DNA of 62,751 nt, counting the filler, from Globobulimina sp. (Eukaryota): NCBI GenBank assembly GCA_003354225.1. It is 18 parts of 18 records of this genome, joined end to end, with 100 filler letters (N's around TTAATTAATTAA, not from the genome) between each part and the next. Parts side by side here need not be neighbours in the genome. Positions count along the whole stretch, not along the records: positions 20,973 to 24,366 come from PIVH01002916.1; positions 24,467 to 27,860 come from PIVH01002917.1; positions 27,961 to 31,350 come from PIVH01002918.1; positions 31,451 to 34,840 come from PIVH01002919.1; positions 34,941 to 38,330 come from PIVH01002920.1; 13 more parts are not named here. The stretch is one strand, 5' to 3'. A program made the translations under genes and the position numbers. Every line of letters starts with the position of its first letter. Positions within the stretch are counted from its first letter, which is position 1. Of the stretch, positions 23,798-35,838 are shown piece after piece. The notes under the pieces are model-generated. The model saw only the letters and a list, made by a program, of their open reading frames with translations. It did no database searches and was not told the origin of the DNA.

Positions 23798-24366
23798 TCA
23801 ATGCTTTTCTTTCTGAATGATTTCGATTTGCACTCGAAATGTTAATTGATCCATTTGTTTAATATGTTCGGCCATCTTAAGTAAATTGTAGCAAATATGT
23901 GAGTGATCAGGTGTATAATCAAAGGATACATCAAATTTGGGAACATGATGATTTGTTTCAATTGCAAATATTTCACATTTTGTTTTTAATGGAGATACAT
24001 TGGTTGGTAACGCAATTAATTGGATTGAAAATAAAAATTCTCCTTTTCCCGTACTTGAACAACGTAATAAAAACATATTATAAAATATTTCACTCTCAAA
24101 TGTTTGTCGACAACTTGAACCCGTAGAAAAACATTGTTTTAATACATTTGTTAACTTTTCGTCAATAATCCATTCCAATAAATATGCATTTTGCTCCAAT
24201 TCTAATGGATATTCATACAAGTTGTTGAATGTTAACATATTTAATATTTGTATATCACATATCATACATTCTAATGTTGATCTATAACCAAAATCATTTA
24301 ATGTAATGGTTTGACCTTTTTTATCACCAAAATTTGTGTTTTTAATAAATGAAACTTTTTGCTTTT
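23798..24366 (-). CDS. Hypothetical protein with MATH/TRAF-like beta-sandwich, 5' partial
   Basis: EWII..FESEIF..FLLRC..FSIQL..LTFRVQIEI pattern. Confidence 0.45.
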
Positions 24367-24466
24367 NNNNNNNNNNNNNNNNNNNNNNNNNNNNNNNNNN
24401 NNNNNNNNNNTTAATTAATTAANNNNNNNNNNNNNNNNNNNNNNNNNNNNNNNNNNNNNNNNNNNN

Positions 24467-26541
24467 AGAGTTACAAACAAAAATGAAGCACATATTCGAT
24501 AAGTTGTACACATTTTATTCAATTATCTGAGAAACGCTTTGCAAATCCACAAACGGTTTGCTATATGTTTGCCTTGGGTTTGTTCTGTATTTGTTATAAC
24601 TTGGTCTTGGTTTGCAAATCCAGAACAAATTTATAATTGAATTTTCGGTATACAAAGGGGTTATCTTTTGGAATATCGTTTAGTATATAAACAAACAGAT
24701 CATACGACAGTCTCATTGTACCATTGTTCAAACTGATCATCACATAACATTTCTTGTAACGTATTTATCTGCGATTTCCATTTTTTTGCATTGTTAACAA
24801 ATTCCTTATTTGCCTTAGAATCACTAAACCAAATCGGCCAAACATTTATCATATCCTCCGGGAAAAATCTTGCAATCCATCCTTGATAAAACAGATAACA
24901 TTTTATATTATCAATTGACTCGACATGAAACTACAATGCAATGATAAAAATTAATATATATTGTGAAATAAACATAACATACTGATAAAGTAAATTGATA
25001 TCCATCCAAAGGTTTCCCAACCTCAATATCTTCGCTGTCTGCTGACAGCAAACATTCACTGTTACGTTGTTTATTTTTACCCTTATTATTTGCCATTCTT
25101 TTCATCTCATTCTCATCATAATGATCATCTTCATCTCTCCTCCCATTATTATAGCCTTTGCCGGGTAAAATGCATTCTTTCGACGAATTAAAATATGATT
25201 CTGGCGTATGATGCTCTGCAATATAATTACAATTGGATGGTGGCGAATAAATATACATCACATCATCCCATGTTTTCTTATTTGGGTCATCGGTTTGGAA
25301 ATCTTTTGGTTTTCGTCTATCGACAACAATGCAAGTCCTTGTTTGATGTGCTCCACTTCGGTCAGTGACAGACGACTCATTCTTATGTTTGTTACTATTT
25401 TGCTTATTTTTTTTCCAAAAATCCTTACATTTTTTATCCAATTCACGTACAAATCTTCTCGCAGAAGTACTATTTTTCAATGGCGAGTTATATTCAACAT
25501 TCTCCTTTTCATATATTAATTTTTCAGATTGTAATCGCGACTCAATGTCGCCAATTAATGTCTTGTTATATGAATCATTAACTTCATCATCATGCGATTC
25601 AAACTCATCGTCGTCGTCATCATCAGACTCCTCCTCATCGTCACCAAATGTTTGCGTGTCATATATCATGGCAGATTTCACATTGCGTGGAATGATCCAC
25701 ATATCAATCTGTTGTCGGATAGTTTTATAACTCTCAATATTTACAGAGCAAACTATGAGAAGAGCTTAACTTGAAATGGAGGCAACGCGTCTTGTTGGCT
25801 GACGACATTATAAATAAATTTTATTGTCGCAGAAATATATTCAAAAAAAGCAGATAAAGAATCATTTATTTTTAATAAAGAGGTAAATTGTATTTTGGGG
25901 CAAATTCTTTTATGGAATGATATCAGCGCAGATTCAAGATATTGAGCAGTTTGTTTTTGATTTCTTCGCTTCATTTTACGCAATAAACTATAATTGTGCG
26001 CAAATTGGGCTTCTTGTAAATCTGTTTTACTTTTTAAATATTCATCGATGCGAACACGAGAGTATGTATCGGCAATATTTTGTAATAATGGCACATTGTT
26101 TTTGCGCCCAATGGACAAAACACGTAATAACGCTTCTTCTGCGTTTCTTTGATCTAAAGGTAACAAACGATTACATTCGGAAAAATATATTTCTTTATAA
26201 ATATTTAATTCTTGTTTTGTGAGTTTATAATCAATTTGAAAGGCTGATAGGCATAATTTAGTGTTGCTATTTTTATGAGTTTCTTGTTTTGTATCAATAT
26301 CAAAGGTTAGCCGTAATTTTAAAAAAAAATCATTCATTTTAGCATCATTCCAAGTATATGTTTGTTGAAAATGAGACACTATGCAGGAATCTTCCAATGT
26401 TTCAAGATCGTCAATTACTGATTCTTCATCAAACACTTCCTGTACACAATAATCTTCAAATGCTTTAATTGTATCTTGAGTGTATCCCACATGTATTAAA
26501 TATTGTAACTTGTTTAAAAAAACAGGTTTCAACTGCGACAT
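24467..26541 (-). CDS. Multi-exon hypothetical protein (introns 25709-25770, about 24931-24981, probably more)
   Basis: GT-AG introns link PPFQ/IDMWIIP and YQFTLS/FHVESIDN in frame. Confidence 0.7.
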
Positions 26542-26599
26542 GCTTAAAAATGAAGAGTTGAAAGGTTTTTTGTACTAAATAATAATTATTCTGATCAGA

Positions 26600-27860
26600 A
26601 TGAGTGGATCAAATAGCAAAATAATAAAAGAGCTACGACCTATTCCATTAAAAAAAATAGAACACTGTCCGACACCAACACTATTACACAGCACCGATGA
26701 TTATGATTATATCCTATTGATAACCGATTTTTTTAGTGATAAAAAATGTTTGTCCTATGATGTTGATCGTGAACATTATTTCGAATTCTCTAACTATCCA
26801 GGAATACGATTAATAGATCCAATATATTCAGCATCGCCATGTGGGAAATTGTTATATATCTTTGATGGTTCACACCAATCCTTTGCAATGTTAGACATTG
26901 AAGTCGATCGAAACGATGCCTGTTATCACCCAAAAGTTGTAAATATTCGTAAAACAAAACGCAAAACAGAGAAATTAAGAAATTTAATAAAAACTGGCAA
27001 AGGCTGCTTATCCATTTATTTGCCAAACCCATGGAATGAGTATCATATAATTGGCGGTGTCATGAATCGCCAACATCTTAAATGGTCTCTGAAACAAAAA
27101 CAATTTGTCTCAGTCTCAGAAACGAATTCAATTCAAACTCATGAAAACGGCATCTGTGCAACAAATATATTTTTCAGCGCAAAATTCAAACAATTTATAT
27201 TAATGGGTGGCGGCGACAATATTTATAATTTAAGTTATCCGTCGACAGAAATCAAAGGGTTGTCATGGATCAAATCTTTAATAAAATTGCCGTATCAAAA
27301 CATGACACAGTTTGGCTGTGCAATATATAATCAACAATATATTATAACGTTTGGTGGTGTTGCAAAGAAAAACAATCCGAAATTAGAAAAACTTGAAGAG
27401 ATTTTTATTTTAGATATTGAGCGCAATGAATGGAGAAAATCTAAATTAAAATGTCCTGTTCCCGGTATATTCCATGCGATTTATGTGAAAAAATGCAAAA
27501 AAATACATTTATTTGCACGGGAACGAGACAAAAACTATGCATTTCGACATTGGTTAATTGATTTATACCCAATATTGGCGAATGCGGCGGCATATGATCG
27601 AGAGAAAGAGCTCGAGAGTCAAAACAAACAGAATATTTTGGATGAACAAGAAATTAAAAATGCGGAAGAAATAGATTTTCAAAAACATGTTTTGTATCAT
27701 GCGCCAAAGCCAAGCGATGGAGAGAAATTTGGCGGAATCGGGAAAGAAGTGATTGGAATGAAAGAGGAAATATCATTGGAAACTCACATATCCATTCACA
27801 CCTTTGAATCAGCCATTAAAGAAGCCTTTGAACCAGCCTTAGATATGAAACAATCCTTTT
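26600..27860 (+). CDS. Kelch-repeat protein, 3' partial
   Basis: HIIGG, LMGG, TFGG and WRKSKLKCP; paralogous to 17839-19062. Confidence 0.8.
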
Positions 27861-27960
27861 NNNNNNNNNNNNNNNNNNNNNNNNNNNNNNNNNNNNNNNN
27901 NNNNTTAATTAATTAANNNNNNNNNNNNNNNNNNNNNNNNNNNNNNNNNNNNNNNNNNNN

Positions 27961-28329
27961 TTATTTGCCGTATTTATTATTATCGTATGGGTTACCGCAT
28001 GGATTGGCGCTTTGTTTCTTGCATTGAAGTTATTGAATCTGTTACGGATTGATCCAAAGATTGAATTAATGGGATTGGATAAATATGAACATGGCGGTGT
28101 CGCTGTTGATTACAAACAAGGATATTCAGTAAAAAATATTATTCAAGAAAAAATGAGTGTATTTGGTTCAGCAACGGAAGTGCTTAAAACTGTTGATGGA
28201 GGAAGTGGAGGCAGTGGGAGTGGGAGTTCTGATGCGCCGGATCAAAAAGATGATGCGCCTGATAAACCTAATCCAGATCAAGCAAGTGGTGGAAGTGGAA
28301 GTGGAAATGGAGGAGTGGAAGATGAATAA
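27961..28329 (+). CDS. Ammonium transporter (Amt) C-terminus, 5' partial
   Basis: Last TM helix IIVWVTAWIGALFLALK followed by LRI..ELMGLDKYEHG. Confidence 0.85.
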   Translation, partial: LFAVFIIIVWVTAWIGALFLALKLLNLLRIDPKIELMGLDKYEHGGVAVDYKQGYSVKNIIQEKMSVFGSATEVLKTVDGGSGGSGSGSSDAPDQKDDAPDKPNPDQASGGSGSGNGGVEDE

Positions 28330-28675
28330 TGTACCAATTAAAAATTAAACATGATCGATAATAATAAGTTGTAACATATACACAAGTATAGTATCTTAAA
28401 TAATTACTACAAAATAATGAATCTCTAAAGCAGCCTGCACTTTTTTCTCTGGTTTGCGAATTGAATTTCTGAAAACTCTGCTTTCTCTTTCTGTCGTTTC
28501 ACCCTTTTGAGTTGCATCACTTGCATGCTTTTGAATAAAACTCTTTTTGTTCGTTTCAACAGAAAAATTTAAATCCGATCACCAAAACTGGCAAAACAAA
28601 ACAAAATCAGACAATAATAAAATCAAATCAAGCAACCCAAATAACACACAAAAAAATATAATAATTTCATTTAAT

Positions 28676-29473
28676 TTAAAAATCGCAATCTCGCCTTAAT
28701 CTTCTTGTATCAAATTTTCTTACAAAATAAAACAAAGTGCAAAGATGTTGGACAATTCGGGGAGTTGCTAGACTTTCTACCAAATTGCTATTGCCATACA
28801 ATGTTTCCTTTGATAACTCCCTCAAATATCCATGAACAAGATCAAGAATATAAAAATCCACTTCATCCATAATGGCATTATCATTAATATCATAATTATC
28901 GATTGATATTTCAGTATCCGTTGGTGTTGGGTTTGTATTAATATTATAATTAAATAATCCAATATCAAGTTGAGGCATTGATAGCGTTCCCATATCAATC
29001 TCGTCCATCACATTGTTATTCTCCTTTATTTCATTTGTATCGTTTAAATTATTGTTGACGTTGTCAATCTTATCTTTTGTTACTATGATATCATTGCATT
29101 TCTCTTTCATTAGATCTGCATATTTCTGCTTATTTATGCTTTTAAAATGGTATTCGTTGTTTTCTTTATCAATAATTATAAAAACATCATCGGCATCAAC
29201 TGGTAATATTACACTGCTTATTTTCTCAAATGCAATTTTATCCAATGCATTGGTATATGTCTGCGCTTTCTTAAATACGTAAAAACTATCTTTTGATAAT
29301 ACACCCGACCGACGCTTGTATGAATTGCTGTGTTTACCTAATTGTGTATACATATCGATATGAATACATTCGTGACGAACAGTATTGGAGAGAATTTAAT
29401 GTAAATCCTACACATAACTTTTCTTTTCAATCCATCCTTCAAATATAACATTTTCTGCCAGAAGCGCTGGCAT
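28676..29473 (-). CDS. PH-domain protein (one intron near 29338-29418)
   Basis: Spliced IFEGWIEKKS-KHSNSYKRRSGVL..YVFK..YHFKS. Confidence 0.75.
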
Positions 29474-29552
29474 TATCCTACTTTGAACTTTAGTGAAAAC
29501 TCGTGGTTAACTTTAGGGAAAAATCTTAAGCTCAAATCTTAAAGTATGTTTG

Positions 29553-29957
29553 TCATCCGTTATACATTACTTTTCGTGCTTTGTTATCCCCTACTTTTCG
29601 TGCGACCCACCAGTTATCCATTTTTCGACCATATTTTACTTGCATCTGTTTTACAGTATCTGGTATATTGTCATCCTTTCTATTCCATTTTGCTCTTTTT
29701 TTGATTACTTTATGATATTGGGCTTCAGAAACACAAAATTTCTGTTGAACGTATATTCGTGGCACATTATAGTAATCATAATAAGATGCCTCGTTGATAT
29801 CTCTCAATGCGGTAGACCTAACAATCAGTGGTCTGGAATAAAATCTTTTTATAGCTTTATCCTTTGGTACTCTCCTTCCTGTTGCATCACATGTCACTGT
29901 CCGAACACTCCCTCGATTATGTCTCCTCTTTCCTCCATTTTTTCTTTTCTTGGGCAT
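29553..29957 (-). CDS. RPS26: 40S ribosomal protein eS26
   Basis: MPKKRKNGG..RGSV..VPKDKAIKRF..RDINEAS..CVS. Confidence 0.93.
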   Translation of the reverse strand: MPKKRKNGGKRRHNRGSVRTVTCDATGRRVPKDKAIKRFYSRPLIVRSTALRDINEASYYDYYNVPRIYVQQKFCVSEAQYHKVIKKRAKWNRKDDNIPDTVKQMQVKYGRKMDNWWVARKVGDNKARKVMYNG

Positions 29958-30017
29958 ACTGAAATTTATATTCTTCCCTGAAAAAACTTTCAAAAACATT
30001 TCTTTGTCAGGCGTACC

Positions 30018-31350
30018 ATGTCTTCGTCAACAAACAGTCAACAACACACCTTAAAAACAGGCACAGTATACAAGAAAATCAGTGATTTCTTGTGTAGCAA
30101 TCCAACTCTTGACGCAGATCCTGCACCGATTAAATCCAAGAATACCATTACAAATCCCTACACCAACAAAAAAAAACGTCGCTATGTCGATATGATTGGT
30201 GACGCATTATATCCATCGTTATGTACAACAATAACTGGCAAATGTTACAACAAATTACGTAAACTTGAGAATGAAATGGATGTCTCCATTGCCAAACGGC
30301 ATAGTTTTATTTCAAGCCAATTACAACAAACAAATAACACAACATATTCCCATAATGTTACACGCATTTTACGCTTAGAGTTATTTAACACATTTCATAT
30401 CAACCCGCAGCATGAAAATAAAAATAAATGGATCTTTAAATTACAAACGAAATTGTTTGATCCAAAAGATATGTCTCAACCCATCAATGCAGCCAATAAT
30501 GGCATGGAATATCATTATTACCATCCACTACAAGCCATTATCTCTCGCATTCAAATCAAATTAGAAAACCACAGCGACATCGAATGGAATAATCCAAACT
30601 GGAGTTTTCATGATAAAAATGCACAATTTATGGCCAATGACACCGGTACCGAATCACCGATGGATGGGATACAAATTGAAAGATATGGAAATCAGAATTG
30701 TTGCATGGACATTTTTATTTATTTAATAAATTGGTTCATTCCCTTTGAAAAACAGGAGGAAGGAAAGAAAAAGAAACAAATCCATGCGAATCACAATGCG
30801 ATTTGCAAAGTATCAAAAGAATTGAGTTTTTTATTGGGTTTAGGTCTTTTATCGCAAGCAAATGGCGCAAATAAAGGACATGAAAGATATCATACAAAGG
30901 CAGAGATATTGCAATGTTTGGGATATTATGTGAGAAGTAATAATTTATTGCGCAATGATAATTCGATGGCAATTGATTGTAATGTGGAATTGGAGAAAAT
31001 TATTGGTGCGAAAACGATTTATTGTGCTAATTTGTGGAAGGTTTTAGTATCAAAAAAACATATTTGTCGACCGGATCCGATCCATATTAAACATGAGATT
31101 TGTGTCCAAGGCAATATTGAGCAAAATGCAAAGATTTATGATATTTTGGTGAGTGTGCCATCGTTGATTGCAATGAAAGCATCGAAATTAATGGAAGGAA
31201 GTCGTGATTTATATAATATTCATGCAAAGGCGAATGATAATTATGCATTAACCATTGATTCATTAAATGTGCAGATATCGGATGTTTTGGAGGAGATAAA
31301 TGATGAGAGAAAGGAGAGGAATTTATATGTACAATATGCTTGTGATCCAG
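30018..31350 (+). CDS. SWI/SNF subunit BAF60/SMARCD-like with SWIB domain, 3' partial
   Basis: KLRKLENEMDVSIAKR, RILRLELFNT, DGIQIER, SWIB VSKELSFLLG..YVRSNNL..IDCNVELEKI, PDPIHIKH. Confidence 0.8.
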
Positions 31351-31451
31351 NNNNNNNNNNNNNNNNNNNNNNNNNNNNNNNNNNNNNNNNNNNNTTAATT
31401 AATTAANNNNNNNNNNNNNNNNNNNNNNNNNNNNNNNNNNNNNNNNNNNNG

Positions 31452-31770
31452 GTTGCGGCCATACACAAAGAGATTCAAACTAAAAAAGAAAAATGCGGCT
31501 TATTCAAAAGATTGGATGACACAAAAAATTCAAAATTTAATATTATGCAAAATCCAAATATTTATCACGAAAAAGAAAAAGAAAAAGAAGACGGGAAAGA
31601 GGATGAAAAATATGATGACAATGAAAATGAGAAAAAACAAGGTATGAATTATATTAATTTGGAAAACACTAAAAACAATTTATAAAAAAAAGGAGGTGGC
31701 AGTGTATGGAGAAAGGCTCAGGTTATAATGAGCAAATATTTTGCCAGTGACTTTGTTTTTGGTGAGAAAA
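31452..31770 (+). CDS. Fragment of possible lysine methyltransferase (Methyltransf_16-like); intron 31642-31692; truncated near 31770
   Basis: The spliced frame gives GGSVWRKAQVIMSKYF..FGEK, resembling the GxxVW..YL..K motif that precedes xLELG, and then turns into antisense of the lyase. Confidence 0.35.
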
Positions 31771-32083
31771 CTTTTTTGGACGAAGTATGTATTGCTAAAT
31801 CCACGCTATCTGCAATGCTGTTTGTAGCGATCATGGCAATTACTTTGATATTATATTTTGGTGCAATGTTCACCCATTCCTCAACAATAATTTTTCGTTC
31901 TTTTAGTGATAATAATACAGATTCTCCTGTTGTTCCATTACCGAATACGCCTTTAACATTTTGCATAGATAAATGAGCGGCATATGCTGGAATTAATGAT
32001 AAGTTTATACTTCCATTGGCATCATATGGTGTGTATGTTGCTGCTATTAAGCCTTCGAGATTTAGCTTTCGTACTTGTGACAT
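31770..32083 (-). pseudogene. N-acetylneuraminate lyase / DHDPS family, N-terminal third only
   Basis: GLIAATYTPYDANGSINL, GVFGNGTTGESVLLSLKERK. Similarity ends after about 105 aa, before the Schiff-base lysine. Confidence 0.8.
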
Positions 32084-32134
32084 TGGTTTGAAGCGGATTA
32101 ACGCAAATACAGTTAGCAAGCTAGGTTATGAAAT

Positions 32135-33115
32135 CTAAACATTTATTACACGAAAATATTGCTCCAATTCCTGTTTAGACATTCCTTTTTTATTGAATAT
32201 TTGTATAAGTTTATTGACTTTGCCGTCAAATTCTTGACATAAAAACATTTTTGATTTATCTACACATTGCAATTGTATTTGTCCAATTTGCATTTCCCTC
32301 TCATTTGAATGACTAACCACATTATGAGCATTTCCATATATTGCTAGAACATATATATCATATCCATCACAACATTTATTTTCATCGCTATATACTTTTT
32401 CTGCATCAATATCAAACCAACGCTTACTCCATCTCGACGAGGATAGTTTATGTTTTCCATTTTGATGATCAATCACGTTTCGAATTACTTTGTCTTTATG
32501 TTTCTGAATATTCTCCCTATTTTCGGCAAATAATACCCATTTTACGGGATCTCTGAATTCAAAATCATTTGCCGTTTGAATCATATATCGATGAATAAAA
32601 ACCTTAAAATCAAAATAAAATGCAATTACTAATACATTCTTATTTGGGATACCTTTCCGATATCTGTCAAAAGAGCCATTATACCATTTATTCCATGCTT
32701 CTTCGCCATCATTTAACACATTAAATGCATATTCATTTCGTGTTCGATTATCATCATTTACACAGACTTCATTTATTAAAGAATTTAATGAGATATAATT
32801 ATAAAAGGGACAACAACAAAATTGAATGATTAATTGTAAGATATTGGTGGATAAGCTATCATTTATTGACAGTATAGAATCATAGATATCATTTAATAAT
32901 AATGTTGAGTTGGAATAATATCTTGATTGCGGATTACATATTGATTTAAACCAATCATTTAATGGTGGAATATTATATAAAATACCCTCATCACTGTTGT
33001 TTATTTTTGATATTTCATCACTTGCAATATCATTAATTTCCCAATGTATATCTCTTTTATAATTGTAATTCAGTGATAACAAATCGTTTCCTGTAATTTG
33101 AACAACAGAAGACAT
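32135..33115 (-). CDS. Protein with galactose-binding-like (F5/8-type, PNGase C-terminal-like) domain
   Basis: NKW..YMIQTANDFEFRDPVKWVL..QIGQIQL resembles the SAND.P.RDP..W motif. Confidence 0.55.
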   Translation of the reverse strand: MSSVVQITGNDLLSLNYNYKRDIHWEINDIASDEISKINNSDEGILYNIPPLNDWFKSICNPQSRYYSNSTLLLNDIYDSILSINDSLSTNILQLIIQFCCCPFYNYISLNSLINEVCVNDDNRTRNEYAFNVLNDGEEAWNKWYNGSFDRYRKGIPNKNVLVIAFYFDFKVFIHRYMIQTANDFEFRDPVKWVLFAENRENIQKHKDKVIRNVIDHQNGKHKLSSSRWSKRWFDIDAEKVYSDENKCCDGYDIYVLAIYGNAHNVVSHSNEREMQIGQIQLQCVDKSKMFLCQEFDGKVNKLIQIFNKKGMSKQELEQYFRVINV

Positions 33116-33201
33116 GGTATGATTATCTTTTGGAAACAAAACATCCGCTAAGCAATAAAACGTTGACTCTAAAAACGAATGACTCAAAAAAAAAGCATTT
33201 T

Positions 33202-34209
33202 TCATATTTGTATACTGTATATTTTATCCTCTGTGATTTGAATATCTTTTTGTGTTGGTATGTCTTTTCGAGCAGAAATTTCGTTATAAAATAAAGTTTC
33301 CCATAAATCAAAACCATCATTATCTAGAGCCTCATCATCAGACTGTGTATTATGACTAAAATGTAACAATGTCGGTTCCCAATCCACCGCTTGAAATAAT
33401 ATTTGTGATTTTGTTCCTCTTTTCTTGTTTGGTATTCTCGGCCCATAAAGCAATGAAAATGGAGTCGTGTCAGAATTGATAATCAACAGTGAATTTTGCC
33501 AGATTTGATTATTTTCCTTTAATTTTAAGTCTGAGATAATTCCTTCAATTTTATTTTCAAAATGGTTTATTGATACCTGTCCATCCAACATCATATAAAT
33601 TAAAAAAGGGAATGAATTGAATCCATCCATATCGATATCAATATCATTGGATTTATGTATTTCGTATTTCTGTGATATAAATTTATCGAAGTAATTATCA
33701 TTAATATCATCATCCGTTAACTTATCCACATATTTGGAGGTCAATGATGATATTCTATTCATTGAATAGGTTGCCGGTGAATATGAAATATGATAATTTT
33801 GTAGTAGTAATCCTTGGTTTATTAATGTATTTAAATACGGCGAATCTTGTGTTAATTCTAAATCAGTTACAATCCATATTAAATTTGGTTCAATCTCATC
33901 ATTTGAAAGTGCATAATTTGAATTTAAATTGTTATTATTATTATTATTGCCATGGTCTGAGGTAAATATTAAACTTGTTTCTTGCTTAAACAATGACCGA
34001 AAAATGGTATTTATTATCACTAAAATTAATAGAAATAGCACTAACTTCCAGACATATTTTGATATTTGAGACCAAATATGTTTTATTAAACGCATATAAT
34101 ATCTGTCATTATTATAATTTGTTGTTAATAATGATGCAGTATATTTATTTCTGTATAAACCACCAGTTAACGGAGTTAGCTCCGTTGCATTGGAATTGCG
34201 ATCATACAT
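33202..34209 (-). CDS. Type II membrane arylsulfatase-like protein, degenerate active site
   Basis: One TM helix; PNLIWIVTD, PYLNTLINQGLLLQNYH, WQNSLLIINSD, VDWEPTL, DGFDLWETL. Confidence 0.75.
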   Translation of the reverse strand: MYDRNSNATELTPLTGGLYRNKYTASLLTTNYNNDRYYMRLIKHIWSQISKYVWKLVLFLLILVIINTIFRSLFKQETSLIFTSDHGNNNNNNNLNSNYALSNDEIEPNLIWIVTDLELTQDSPYLNTLINQGLLLQNYHISYSPATYSMNRISSLTSKYVDKLTDDDINDNYFDKFISQKYEIHKSNDIDIDMDGFNSFPFLIYMMLDGQVSINHFENKIEGIISDLKLKENNQIWQNSLLIINSDTTPFSLLYGPRIPNKKRGTKSQILFQAVDWEPTLLHFSHNTQSDDEALDNDGFDLWETLFYNEISARKDIPTQKDIQITEDKIYSIQI

Positions 34210-34379
34210 TAGCTATCTTATATGCATGCAAATAAATTTGTCATCCGTCAAGGAGTCATTGTCAACGCATTAGCTGATAGATTTTCTCCAAAAAAAAACT
34301 CTCTTTTTGCATGGCAACTGGTACAATCCGTAAATACTGAATTATAAACTTAAAAATTAAAAATCAAAGAGTGTCAGAA

Positions 34380-34755
34380 TTAATTGTTTTGAAAGATTGC
34401 ATTTTGAATATTTTGTTGTTGCTGGGCAAATAAAGTCTGCGTAATTTTTGCATAAAGCCACGACTGATTGTTGCTATTATCATTATTATTTTGCAACGAA
34501 TTTGCATTTCTTTGACATTTCCAATACCCCCATAACTGTGCACCATTCAAAGCAATACCAACTAAAGTTAATGGCAACCATTTAATATTAAATTTTACAA
34601 TGCATGCAACACAAAGTAAAATCCAAATGCATGGCGTTAAATATAATGAAGTCCAAAATAAGCGCGAGTCTTTCTGTTGAGCGGTGTTATTATTATTGCT
34701 GTTATACTTCCACTCGGAAGTGCCGTCTTGTTTTACTTGATTCCACCATCTCAAG
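34380..34755 (-). CDS. Golgi membrane protein TVP23/FAM18 C-terminal half
   Basis: LRWWNQV..DG.SEW, DSRLFWTSLY..W, NGAQLWGYWKC. Confidence 0.85.
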
Positions 34756-34948
34756 ACAAACCGGAGTAGCGATGAATCTTCAAACGTCAAAGAACGCCGT
34801 CGGGATCATTGCGTTGGCATTGTTCTTGATGCCTTGCGTCNNNNNNNNNNNNNNNNNNNNNNNNNNNNNNNNNNNNNNNNNNNNTTAATTAATTAANNNN
34901 NNNNNNNNNNNNNNNNNNNNNNNNNNNNNNNNNNNNNNNNGAAAAAAA

Positions 34949-35070
34949 GTCATGCATGACAAAAAAAAACGTCATGATAAAGAAAAACGTTATGATAAAG
35001 GATAAATGTTATGATAAGAAAAAATGTCATGATAAAGAAAAAAAAGTCATGATAAAGCTTTGTCATAACC
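34949..35070. repeat. Minisatellite, ~18-20-nt unit GT(C/T)ATGATAAAG-A-rich, about 6 copies
   Basis: Read directly at the contig start. Confidence 0.85.
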
Positions 35071-35838
35071 AACCAACATTTGAAAACCCTGACTTTTTGA
35101 CACTTGATATTTTCATAAAAAATGTTGTTAATAATTGCAGTGTGCACAGATATTTGCATCAGTGATATCTCCGATTATGTGTCAAATCGCGGATATCAGC
35201 AGTTTGCGGCGTAATTGCGGCATTTTCAAGAAATAATTTATTTTACAAAATATTTAACATCACAGACATTATGGCAACTTTACCATGTTTTGGTTTTGCT
35301 TTTTTTGCTGCATTTCATTGGTCTGTTTTTTATTTATTTATAATTGATGTCATCATTTGTGCCGCGCGTATTTATGGTCATATCAACATGCAAAGATTTA
35401 TAAAAACATTTCCAAATTGACATCAAAATTAACTGCAACAAAAGGGAAAACAAAATGAATATATATTGTAATACTGTACTGTTTTCAACCAATCAATCAG
35501 TTATACACATTATATTTAACAAACGTAAAAAAACTACACAATGAAATGATTTATTTTTTTAATGGCGTTCCTTCCGCAGCATTCCCCTCATTATTGTTAA
35601 TATGCATCAAGACATAGTGCATGAACATTTGCCTTGTTTAAATATATGTATGCAATTAGGATCATATTATACTTGGACACACTGCATAAAATAATTGATG
35701 ACAATCAATACGCATTCTCAGACTAGTGAGTACGTGAATTTAAAGCTACTTTATTTTAAAAACAAACAAAAAAAAGTCGGACCATTGCGTACATAGCAAG
35801 AAACATATTAATATGATTTTTTTTACAATTATGGGCAG

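Noticed and set aside
29550-29981. 143-aa plus-strand ORF and similar shadow ORFs (e.g. 5736-6194, 37265-37741, 52517-52966)
   Set aside because: Antisense shadows of well-supported genes.
34949-35070. Possible CRISPR or telomeric array
   Set aside because: Contiguous degenerate units with no unique spacers: a minisatellite.
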